Below, in pieces: positions 1 through 11,037 of a stretch of DNA of 64,000 nt. The position numbers and the translations under genes were made by a program. The notes beneath the pieces are model-generated. The model saw only the letters and a list, made by a program, of their open reading frames with translations, ran no database searches and was not told where the DNA came from. Position 1 is the stretch's first letter. Each line of letters starts with the position of its first letter. The DNA comes from Balanoglossus misakiensis (lineage: Eukaryota; Animalia; Hemichordata): the NCBI GenBank assembly GCA_040954595.2, contig CM082583.2, positions 8,306,849 to 8,370,848 of the forward strand, given 5' to 3'.

Positions 1-399
1 ACATTTGTTCGTGAATAACAGTTTGTCAGACAGAAGAAGAAGAAAAGTAAGAAAAAAACGTATCAAAAGGAAATATATCCTTGTCACTTTCAACTGTATT
101 GGACCGGTTGAAAAGTGTTTCATATCCCGACTTCAAACAGGCAACTTACTTAAATGTGAATTTTTGAGATTCTCCTCGCAATTGGCAATTATATCATGGA
201 TGTTGTTGCAATAAAAAAAGGGATCGAAGCTCTGACCACTAGCATTCATCTGTGGGTTTCGTGTTCACAGAAGCCAGGCCTCTGTGGACTTTGCTGAATT
301 TCTATATTGGGCTACTTCTTGCATTAGGCAATTCAGCCACAGATGGATGTTAGTGGTCCGGGCACTGTTTTATTCCTTCAGTATAAATGCCAACATATC

Positions 400-1745
400 A
401 CAAATCAATAAAAATTTACAAGGAAATAAATTACCATGCAACACTTGCGTAGAGCCCATAATGTGTGTACAATGTACACAGAAGAGGGTGTCGTCATGTG
501 CGCAGTTTAGTTGCCATTCTTCAGCACTGTCTAGAGCTCACTGCTGATTCGCTGTTTTTTGAAGTGTGACCACCTGGGTCCTAGATGTGACAAGTTTACT
601 GCCAGACAAATCAGATTGTCTTGGTTTGTCAACTTTTTTTTGTAAGCAGAACGCCTTATAAATGCAGTGTACATAATTATATTTAGATGATTTCTAAACT
701 CGGATGAATTACAGTTGAGATCAAAATGTTTACCATAAACTTTCTGGGCAAATCTTTTCCCACTGCCTTCAGTACCTTTGGGCACTTTAATTCCAGAGTT
801 TTGGAATTGATGTCTGTCCATTTTATTGTGTTTAAACATATTTATATTACTTTATCAGAAACCACCTTTCCTATTTCCCAAGGATTTCAAGTTGGCAAGT
901 TTTGATATTCTGGTTAAGTTTGTGAAGTGTTTTCATTTTTTCTGTTCACTGAAAGAGGATGAATTCTCCGCGTCAATGCATTGCTGTTACTCAGCTAATA
1001 GCAAAACTGTGTATATATGTGTTAGGGTGATGATATGTATATTATGGTGTTTTTTTGAACAAGCTCTCTCAGACAGCGGTGCCTTGGTGACCGACAGTTT
1101 GCAATTTCATTGGCATAAAACTTTGAGCAAAGCAAGCCACTAAAGATGGCAACAATCTTACTTTATCATTCCCAAATCTTTTCTTAAATGGTCTTGAGTA
1201 CATGTTCCTGAATTGACATGCATATTTTTGAAAAATATTTGCAGTTTTCAGGGGGTTTTCGCTGCGTTGTGGCATCCATTTTTCAAAGCATTCCTGATAG
1301 TGCCACATGGAGCGCACAATCTGTCTTTTGATCTAGATGATACGCAAAGAATCTTTGGTGTACCTCACTTTCTTCAGCATGATTTACAAATGAGAAAAAA
1401 CTTATCAACTTTTGCACATTCCACGCCTAATTCTATTAGTCTCTATGAGTACTTAAAAGCAATATGTTTCATGAAGGGAGAAAGTCAGTCTCTTGAGGAA
1501 ACTTTGCAATGTTGCCTTGTAATATAAAAGAAAAGAAAAAGAATCTGAAGTCAGCATGTGGAGTTGTGGATTGGGGAATCAAATTGTATGAAATTAAGTA
1601 GTAGTCGAGATTCAAAATGGCAGCCAAACTGATAGTAGCTCTGAGCAGATAGTTGTGAGTTGACATTCACCCTAAAAATAAATAGTGAACCTTTTACCTG
1701 TTGGCGGTCTTCATCCATAGGTAAAAATAGAGTATTTGTTCCTGT
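400..1745 (-). pseudogene. Possible decayed spliced gene or transposon ORF remnant with CxxC-like fragments
   Basis: Clean mini-exon 1745-1698 (ttttttctttacag|...MDEDRQQ|gtaaaag) and a strong acceptor before 1515. Downstream frames give broken Cys-pair fragments (FLICKSC*RK*, RLCAPCG, LLCSKFY, HDDTLFCVHC) interrupted by stops and frameshifts. No family can be assigned. Confidence 0.2.
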
Positions 1746-1800
1746 CTGTAAAGAAAAAACTCAGAGATATGCATTCTTCTGCCATTTACAAAATGGTATC

Positions 1801-1889
1801 AGGACAGTCACCCCCTGGGAATAACCACCTTGACATTTGCCTACACACTGTTGGATGTGTTTGGGAGGCGCCCAGGGGGTAACAGTCCT
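1801..1889. repeat. Short inverted-repeat (hairpin/MITE-like) element
   Basis: Left arm aggacagtcaccccctggg (1801-1819) versus reverse complement of the right arm (1871-1889), aggactgttaccccctggg: 17/19 match. Confidence 0.55.
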
Positions 1890-3118
1890 AGAACCTTCAA
1901 ACTTTGGATTTACTTGCAGTTTAACATAAATTTTAAGAAGTAAAAAAACATAAGATATTGATAAGAGACAGTGAAAGATTTTGTAAATATTCTAGCAATG
2001 ACTTCAGTCGGATTTCAATGTGGTACAACAATCGCATATCCTATATTCACATATGAACAGAAGTTTTTTTTAGGATCAAGCAGTTTCTACAAACTTCCTC
2101 CGTACTTTCTCTACATCAAGTGTGCCTGTTTCTCCATCTGTGTGACCATAATACATTCTTATTTGATAATACATTGCAGTTTTGAAAAAAAAAATGTTTC
2201 AAGTTTTGTCAAATTTTTACATTTGTTTAAAAGTCCAAAATTCCAGCCACCATGTACATATATTTGTGTATCCTAAAGAGAATTTTGACGGAGACCACAT
2301 TGGAACAGGTCACCATTTGCTGTATTTTTTTTCTGTACATATCTGGTAACCTACAAGATTTGTTGATATATTTGTATATAATTTGCACAAATTGGATCAG
2401 CAAGATAATTGCTGAGTACAAACTTGGTGCTATTGCAAAAAAGTGTCCACAAATACACTATACCTTTTGATGTTTTTTTTTTGAATGTCAAATTGATCAA
2501 AATAAATATAAGATTTATGTCAAAAGTTATTCTAATTCGTTTAACTCCATTTGTATGTAGTAGACGTGTTGTTTGCTCCTGTGCAGTGCAAAGAAAAGAA
2601 AAAAGAAGTAAAATCGAGATGTAGTCTTGACAACAATATTTCATTAAAAATATTTATTGTGATTTCCTTGTATCTGCAGGATTATCAAAAAACAACCAAT
2701 TTCCCTGAAAACCTCTGCAGTGTAGACAAACAGTAAGACACAGCAGAGCTATAGATGACGAAACAACATAAGGCAGAAAAGTGGGAAATAATGTAAACCG
2801 TCGATCGTTTAAATAATGTAAATGTAAACTTTCCTTTGTAAGACATGAACAGTTTTGGAATTGATCATAACTGTGTCTGTTTTTCGATTTTGATATCTGC
2901 TGTTCGACTGAAAATGCACCAGTATTGCAGTTCCGTAATTATCTCGCTGGTGGCGCTCTTTATATACCCTTCTCCGCACTCCGTTCCCTTGCCAACATCG
3001 AACAGTGATTTTTTTCTTCCCCTTCTTCTGATGTTATTCAAAACTGCCTGCGGCAAGTACAATCGCAATTCATCAACATATCGTGTGAATTTTCGGGCAC
3101 GTGCGTTGATATCCGATA

Positions 3119-6095
3119 TTCGTAAGAATGCGGTGACGTGTCATCGGTAATCAAGGCTATAATACTATGGAATATTAATAGTGGCACGACGCTTGAACCA
3201 TTAGATCTTCCAGGGGTTTATTTCAGGACATTCCCACAGACATGGCAATTTACGAGACGGGTTTGGTTCATGTCTGGCAGACCCTTCCCTTTGACCCTAT
3301 CCCTCTTCACGTCACCATTAAAACCCATACGATGCAGTATACAAAAGAGGCTATGGGTAAACGGTGAAACGATCGATAAAAATCACAATTCGTACTTATT
3401 TTTTAATAATCTCTCACACATCACTACGATTTCCCGGTTAATGTGCTTTTTTGTCATTATATGTTTCATAGCTGCTTTACCAGTCTATGTGCCATTTCTG
3501 CTGGGCAAGAGCGTGCTACTATAGTATGGTTCATCTCTGTTTATCAACTGTCAGTCATGCATGGAGACGTGCATCTGTCTGTCTGTATACTGTTGTCTAG
3601 CTCAGCTCTGTACATAGTACATAAAATCATAATCTTTCCAAGGGCTGTGGAAAAACTTAAGGAAGTACGGCTATATGTGCGTGCACTCAAAATGCCAACG
3701 GCGCATGTCTTGCCAGGGTGGAACAATAATCTGACGGTGGTCAGTTTAAATATGATACAGAGCGGGACAAGGCCGCGGGCACGATTGCAATAATTCAAAA
3801 AAGCGCAAAAATGTCATAAATTCGGCGTACCATCAGTCACTGTCATGCGTTGCAATAAATATTAGACAGAGAAGTTGGACTAATGGCGTCATAGTGATGA
3901 CTATTTCATTTTCGACAAAATGATATGCAGTTTAACCATAGAAAGTAAACAGTTTTAAATTATTTCAGAAGGATAGTTGTAGCGCAAATTACGACGTCGG
4001 CAGATTTGAGTTGCTGATTCTGGGAAATCGTTGCAGGAGTTCTCTGAAAAGGCTGCTGTCGTCATCGCTGTCCTGGCAACGTAAAGCCAGGTCGTCACTT
4101 TCGTCGGACGACACTTCAGACAGTTCCACACTTTTGCTGTCATAGAAACCGGTGTCTATCTGTTTGTCGACGTAGTGTCTGTCCTTTCTGTCCTCCACGT
4201 CGACGTGATTGTGGTTGCAGTTGGCCGTGGCAACGAGCCCGTCGTTGATGCTGTTGTTGATGTCGGCCGTCTGGTTGACGATGGTGGTTCCCATGGCGAT
4301 GGTGTCCAGCTCGTCCGCGCTCCTGTTCTGTTGCTGAGCGATGCTTTTGCTCTGGTACTGTTTCATCAGCTGCTCCACCGTTGGGGGTTTGTGGCTCAGG
4401 ATGTAAATCGTCACAAACAAGAATATCATAGTCCAGAACGCCACACCGCAGCAAACTATGATCAGCAGCGTTGTCATGGTAATCTCGGGGGAGTCCACTG
4501 GCGAGACCTGAGCACCCGCGGAGGAGTTTGCCATTTTGTAAACCGTCCTGTTGTCGGACGCGACCAAGTCCACCACCACTGCTGTTGACGCCATGTTGGA
4601 AATTGTTCGTAAGAATGCGGTGACGTGTCATCGGTAATCAAGGCTATAATACTATGGAATATTAATAGTGGCACGACGCTTGAACCATTAGATCTTCCAG
4701 GGGTTTATTTCAGGACATTCCCACAGACATGGCAATTTACGAGACGGGTTTGGTTCATGTCTGGCAGACCCTTCCCTTTGACCCTATCCCTCTTCACGTC
4801 ACCATTAAAACCCATACGATGCAGTATACAAAAGAGGCTATGGGTAAACGGTGAAACGATCGATAAAAATCACAATTCGTACTTATTTTTTAATAATCTC
4901 TCACACATCACTACGATTTCCCGGTTAATGTGCTTTTTTGTCATTATATGTTTCATAGCTGCTTTACCAGTCTATGTGCCATTTCTGCTGGGCAAGAGCG
5001 TGCTACTATAGTATGGTTCATCTCTGTTTATCAACTGTCAGTCATGCATGGAGACGTGCATCTGTCTGTCTGTATACTGTTGTCTAGCTCAGCTCTGTAC
5101 ATAGTACATAAAATCATAATCTTTCCAAGGGCTGTGGAAAAACTTAAGGAAGTACGGCTATATGTGCGTGCACTCAAAATGCCAACGGCGCATGTCTTGC
5201 CAGGGTGGAACAATAATCTGACGGTGGTCAGTTTAAATATGATACAGAGCGGGACAAGGCCGCGGGCACGATTGCAATAATTCAAAAAAGCGCAAAAATG
5301 TCATAAATTCGGCGTACCATCAGTCACTGTCATGCGTTGCAATAAATATTAGACAGAGAAGTTGGACTAATGGCGTCATAGTGATGACTATTTCATTTTC
5401 GACAAAATGATATGCAGTTTAACCATAGAAAGTAAACAGTTTTAAATTATTTCAGAAGGATAGTTGTAGCGCAAATTACGACGTCGGCAGATTTGAGTTG
5501 CTGATTCTGGGAAATCGTTGCAGGAGTTCTCTGAAAAGGCTGCTGTCGTCATCGCTGTCCTGGCAACGTAAAGCCAGGTCGTCACTTTCGTCGGACGACA
5601 CTTCAGACAGTTCCACACTTTTGCTGTCATAGAAACCGGTGTCTATCTGTTTGTCGACGTAGTGTCTGTCCTTTCTGTCCTCCACGTCGACGTGATTGTG
5701 GTTGCAGTTGGCCGTGGCAACGAGCCCGTCGTTGATGCTGTTGTTGATGTCGGCCGTCTGGTTGACGATGGTGGTTCCCATGGCGATGGTGTCCAGCTCG
5801 TCCGCGCTCCTGTTCTGTTGCTGAGCGATGCTTTTGCTCTGGTACTGTTTCATCAGCTGCTCCACCGTTGGGGGTTTGTGGCTCAGGATGTAAATCGTCA
5901 CAAACAAGAATATCATAGTCCAGAACGCCACACCGCAGCAAACTATGATCAGCAGCGTTGTCATGGTAATCTCGGGGGAGTCCACTGGCGAGACCTGAGC
6001 ACCCGCGGAGGAGTTTGCCATTTTGTAAACCGTCCTGTTGTCGGACGCGACCAAGTCCACCACCACTGCTGTTGACGCCATGTTGGAAATTGTTC
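3119..6095. repeat. 1487-bp direct tandem duplication (3119-4605 / 4606-6092) with TTC microhomology
   Basis: Identical ORF translations recur at a +1487 offset (3138/4625, 3443/4930, 3544/5031, 3955/5442, 4175/5662). TTC occurs at 3119-3121, 4606-4608 and 6093-6095. Confidence 0.95.
3989..4594 (-). pseudogene. Duplicated, acceptor-less copy of the MAM gene terminal exon (201-aa ORF: TM helix plus cytoplasmic tail)
   Basis: Same sequence as 5476-6081. The duplication omits the splice acceptor and the first ~30 nt of the exon but keeps an in-frame ATG (tccaacATGG). Confidence 0.7.
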
Positions 6096-6125
6096 CGGGT
6101 TCTCGACAATCCTTCCGAGGCAAAT
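5476..6125 (-). CDS. MAM-domain type I membrane protein, exon 5 (stalk, TM helix, acidic cytoplasmic tail, stop)
   Basis: Acceptor ttttagtatttacag|AT, phase 1 matching exon 4. TM segment LLIIVCCGVAFWTMIFLFVTIYIL; tail contains SEVSSDESDD. Confidence 0.85.
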
Positions 6126-6489
6126 CTGTAAATACTAAAAGGAGACAGAAACTAGGTAGTAGTGTTTCCTCATCCCAAAAGCCATCGATACTGTACGGTC
6201 CACCCAAATTTACTTCATTATATGTTTTAAAATGTGCATGCACACCGGTGTTACATACGAAAGAAGTACTACTTTACCAACCGGTTTACTCATTTATAGT
6301 GCACTTCTTTCGCTGTGTGGCAGGACTGTGGTTGAATCTACTTTCCACGCAAACCTATATGTTCATATATTACACAGTATTTAAAAACGATCGTAATGTA
6401 CTCCCACAATTCGTTTAGCAAAGAAAATCACCTAATTTACACTGTGCAACTACGGTGAAAATGAAGATGTACATTTTAAAGAAACTTAC

Positions 6490-6580
6490 ATTTTTCTTCG
6501 CAAGACACATCAGTGATGCTCACGTCATCAACACCAATGTCGCTTTTGAAATTTTCACCGCGAATCCCTTCAAAAATGAC
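6490..6580 (-). CDS. MAM-domain membrane protein, exon 4 (MAM C-terminal strands)
   Basis: ttacag|VIFEGIRGENFKSDIGVDDVSITDVSCEEK+T|gtaagt matches the MAM terminal motif (IFEGxRG...DI(A/G)xDDV). 91 nt, phase 0 to 1. Confidence 0.9.
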
Positions 6581-6696
6581 CTGTAATTTAAAGTTAAAAT
6601 ATATTCAGCGAGAGTTTTCTGGCAACAGTTTGGCAACGGTTTGCTCACACACTGTACAGGCGAAAGACTAAGACGTCCATATTTTAAAGTGCGTAC

Positions 6697-6986
6697 CTTA
6701 AATTCTTCAGTGTCGTCAGTCACGTTGATGGTGACCTTTGTTTCAAACCACGTGTTGCCCTGTTCGCCTGTTTTAGTCCATATCAAGTGGTTACTAGCAC
6801 TGCGGTGGTTGTCAATGATCTCAGCGTACACATTCAGCGTGCCCATGTGTTTCCCGTACATGTGGTAAAAGAACTGCAGGCAAAACTGTTTGGTGGACAC
6901 TTTGTCCAGCGAAATGAAAGCGGGCGTCTCCAGGCGCGCCAGAGATCCGGCGTTTTTATTGGACGCCTCGATATGTATGTACTGTC
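6697..6986 (-). CDS. MAM-domain membrane protein, exon 3 (MAM core)
   Basis: ttcttgcag|GQYIHIEAS...ARLETP...FCLQFFYHMYGKHMGTLNVY...IWTKTGEQGNTW...EEFK|gtacgc. 290 nt, phase 1 to 0. Confidence 0.92.
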
Positions 6987-8432
6987 CTGCAAGAAGAGAA
7001 ACGGTTGATGTCAATTCTTGCGAAGTCAGGTTGTTAGGAAGGAGACATGGCAATGATGGCTTTCACAGTATACTTTATATTAGCATTGTCTCTGGACATA
7101 AGGAAGTGTTTAGTATTAGATGTGAAAACCAGGCCTCATTACACTCTCATTCATCCGAGGGTAAAATCATTCCCCTGATTAAAATGCCACACGGACAAGC
7201 ATCCGACTTCATAGAAAGGTCTGCTTTTTTGCGCATGCCCACTGAAGGAGATCAGCAAAAAAGAACGTGATAAACCGATCTTCTGTAAAGCCATTCGGTT
7301 TTAAGTGCCTATATAACGTGACAGATTTATTTTGAAAATGACGTTTTGAAAGTGACAGTTAAATTTCGACAATTGAGGAAATACTCAAGGTTTACCAAAG
7401 TAACAGGAAGACACTATAGTTCCGAAACAGTTAGCTGTATGTCCATCGGTTATGGGCGCGGGCTGGCGCCAGACGTGTGTAGTATGTTATACTCTGTAGA
7501 TGTATTTTGAAAGGCCTACAGCGAAGTTTCGTTGTGTGGTCATGTTCACATGTTTTGGGAAACTTGACAACCTTAACATGTAATTTGATGAATGGTCCGT
7601 TGCCAACTTTACTGTAAATCAATATATATTCAAATATGATTTTTTATAAATTACGGCTACAAAAACAAGACACCCGCGAGACTACAGTTTGAATAGTCAT
7701 TCCGACATAAAGAAATGTTGAAACCATATTCCCACGTGCACAGACTCTTAATTCCACTGTTATGTGCGTATTACTAAGGGATTCAGGCACGCGACCTACA
7801 CAACACACTATTCGATTGTAAACCAAATAAATATCAAACGTACTAAACCCCTCTGCCTGCGTCAGATGGTATTATAAGCGTGGTGAAATGAATAATGTTC
7901 GTGAATTACAACACAGGTCGTACATAACAGATAGTCTTTCTAAATATATTTCTGTATGTCTGTCATAAGCTTGTAAAGGGGTTATCATTTCTTTGCGAAC
8001 AGCGGCGAACGTCGTCGAGAGAAGTGACTTCTGCAGAGTGAGGCAGTTTCATATTTTCAAAAATAATGGATTTTGCAGAATACGATCCTGTGGGTCGGTT
8101 GATACCATATATATCCATGCATTGCTTGCGGGAAAACCGATAAGCTTGAAAGTTCGACGTCTGTGTCAAACCGAACCAGACATAGTGAAGTATTTTCTAG
8201 TTTTTCGTCCGTGATTTTGTTTCCAAATTGGGGATCCTTTGGTCGGGATAGGTTATTGGTCAGATTGTGATACGTAATCGATACTGCAACGATTAATAGT
8301 GTCTCCTGTTTAAAAAAAATCCAGGCTTCGTAAATTCTAGCTATCATACACACAGTCGGTGTACGATCGTAATTTTGCATTCATTCCGTGGTTTTGAAAT
8401 GAAAATATGAAAAATAACGACAAGGCCCTTAC

Positions 8433-8594
8433 CTGTCCCGTTGACCCTAGTGTGATCGCCGCTGGGCCCTGTTTCTCTTGTCGGCGTAGTTCCGCCACGT
8501 TTCTCCCAGTCAAAGCCGTCTGCCGATTGCTGCACAAACCCGCAGAGTCCAGCCTCTTCGAAATCGCATCGAAATATCTCGGCTGTGAACGCTC
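8433..8594 (-). CDS. MAM-domain membrane protein, exon 2 (MAM N-terminus)
   Basis: ctctcgtag|AFTAEIFRCDFEEAGLCGFVQQSADGFDWEKRGGTTPTRETGPSGDHTRVNGT+G|gtaagg carries the typical CDFE..LCG..DW..TGPxxDHT signature. 162 nt, phase 1 to 1. Confidence 0.92.
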
Positions 8595-11001
8595 CTACGA
8601 GAGAGACATAGCGGATAATTTAATTATAGTGTAGTTGCGGACGACGAGTTTCCAGAAGGGAATTCGGCCAGATAACAAGGTCCTAGTTTGACTGCGGTCG
8701 TGGGAATTTAACCTGGCACGGGATCCCTTCTAACCTTTAATAGAATTGCAGGAAAAACTGAACCTTTTCAGGAAAATGTAAAAGGCTGTCTTGGACAATA
8801 AAGCACCTTTCAAAGCTTGATCACTTATCGTCAGTGCTTTTCCCCGGAGACAGGCCTTCTCGCTCCCGCCTCCGTGAGATAGCAAAACTCTGAATAACTC
8901 TGATTATGGTAATTATTTGTGTGGCAAAATAATGTTCAAGTGCTTAAACCATCCCTCAGTTCATCCAACGTTTGCATGCAAAGGGGACGAGGGAAATATT
9001 GACATGTCCCACTTCCACAAACGTGTTAAGTAAAATTTACGTTGATTGACTCGGAGGAAACGAGTACTGCATACTATACTACAATAAAAGGTCATGCCAT
9101 CGTCTACGGAAATGTTATATTAGTCCCAAAACACGCAAAAGAAATCCGAAGACACGAAGATCACGACTGTCGGATCATGCCAAGACGTGAGTCAGACTGA
9201 TAAATGGGTCGGAAGGGCACATGGCACTATAGAATACACTTTGGTGCCAATTCGATCACGGATGTCTTGAAAGTAATATTGCGAAAGTTTTTCGTCACTG
9301 CGTCAGAACACCGTCGTGCTGTGAGTGATCTGATCCTGGCCACACCCATGCATATACTTGTACAGTCCAGGTGTATGATGCATACCCGATAATTGATTTA
9401 GGCTTGCATTTCAATTCAACAGTCCAAGCGATAAATTTCGCCCATGCGCCCGTTCTGTGTTTAAACCAATTTATCAAGTACAATGGCCAAGGACCGCATG
9501 GCACAGCCCACCAAGACCAGCCCAGTCCTGACGAGGCGAACAGCTGTGATTGATAAAAATAGAACCTGTAACACCCGCCTATGAAATGCACGCATAAATC
9601 CGAAAATTATTCATGTTATTTGCATGTTTTAAGTCATAGCAGCGCAAATTCTTAGCTGGTAGTTGCTAATTGCGTTTCTTATGCAATACAGCTCCAACAA
9701 CGCCGCTATACACGGAATCGTGGAGGTACTGAATCAAATACCGCTGCCGTCTGGTAAAACGCATATCTCGTCAAATCTTGGAGCAATTAAACGCGAGTGT
9801 CGTGGATGTCTTACACGGTAGAGTAGAAGATGATGGGGCTGTGATCTCCGCGATGCACTCTATACCACCAAACGTTTGGGTCATAAATATAATATTGCTA
9901 TATACATAAAGAGTTTAACCGGCGGTCGTGACGTAAACCTTTGCAGACACGCTTGTGTATGTGTGTGTTTTGTCAGAGGATCGTGAAGAAATCTAAGTTT
10001 GTGGGGTCGTTTCGCGATTGTAAAGTCACGATTTGGTGCGAACATTGCCATTGAGCTCTGTTTGCTATTAAATCGCGATCTGCGCATCTCGGTAGCAAGG
10101 ATACAAAACCCCCGACCACCAAAATCATAATTTACACGACACATCAGCGCAAACACCCCAAGCCGTCGCATGATATTTCCATGGGATTAAGGAAAATATC
10201 ATAGTTACAACAAAACGAACAAAATATGCACACATTAACATAATGTAAATTTACGTGGAACATTGTCATCCAATACCGGATAAAATGATTCTGATATATT
10301 TTGAAAACATATGCAATGTCACGAATTTCCCTTTTGCAACGATTCAGCCAAACTTTTGTACCACGCAGTATATTGTAGAATTTCTGCAAACAACATTCCA
10401 TCCACATTTCGCAGCTGGGGATCTGGAACCAGTGAACCTAATAGCGGCAAAATATTGGAAACAAGTCAATATTTTTCCTGTCGCTTAATCTGATGACGGG
10501 GCAAGCAATATGACACCAATGTTCGGAGAGAGAAAAACGCTGTTCGTGTTTATCATTTTTATCCGTCGTGACACCTCTCCCATGTCTCCTGTGGTTCGAC
10601 TGTTTTCATTTGACTAGCCTGGTCGGTGTTTCGACACTCGCCGGGCTCATGCACAAACCGGTTTCATTTTCAAAATGGTACATTTCTTTGCTCAAAGTAT
10701 GAATAAGCCAACTTTATATTTGCGCACGACGCGACCCTGAGCCGACTGGTGCTTGCTAGACGTTCTCCGATGTCTAAGTTTGTTCCTTTGTTGGTATTGA
10801 TCACGGTCAGCACACCAGGTGTTTTTTGGCTAAGCACACTTCTACAAAATCACACCGCCAGGCCCAACGAACAAATCACTCGGCACAATAGAGTTGAAAG
10901 CGAATGAAAATGAAGGTCCCTCCGAGACATTTGATATAATGACCACTTTATATTTTCTTCAGCCCAGGAGTATTGTAATGCGATCTGAACGTGAGGACGT
11001 T

Positions 11002-11037
11002 AGGTCACCAAAGATCATCCGAGGTCACCGGAGGTCA
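11002..11037 (+). promoter_or_regulatory. Array of AGGTCA nuclear-receptor half-sites with 4-bp spacers (includes a perfect DR4)
   Basis: AGGTCA-ccaa-AGATCA-tccg-AGGTCA-ccgg-AGGTCA in intron 1 of the MAM gene. Motif match only. Confidence 0.3.
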
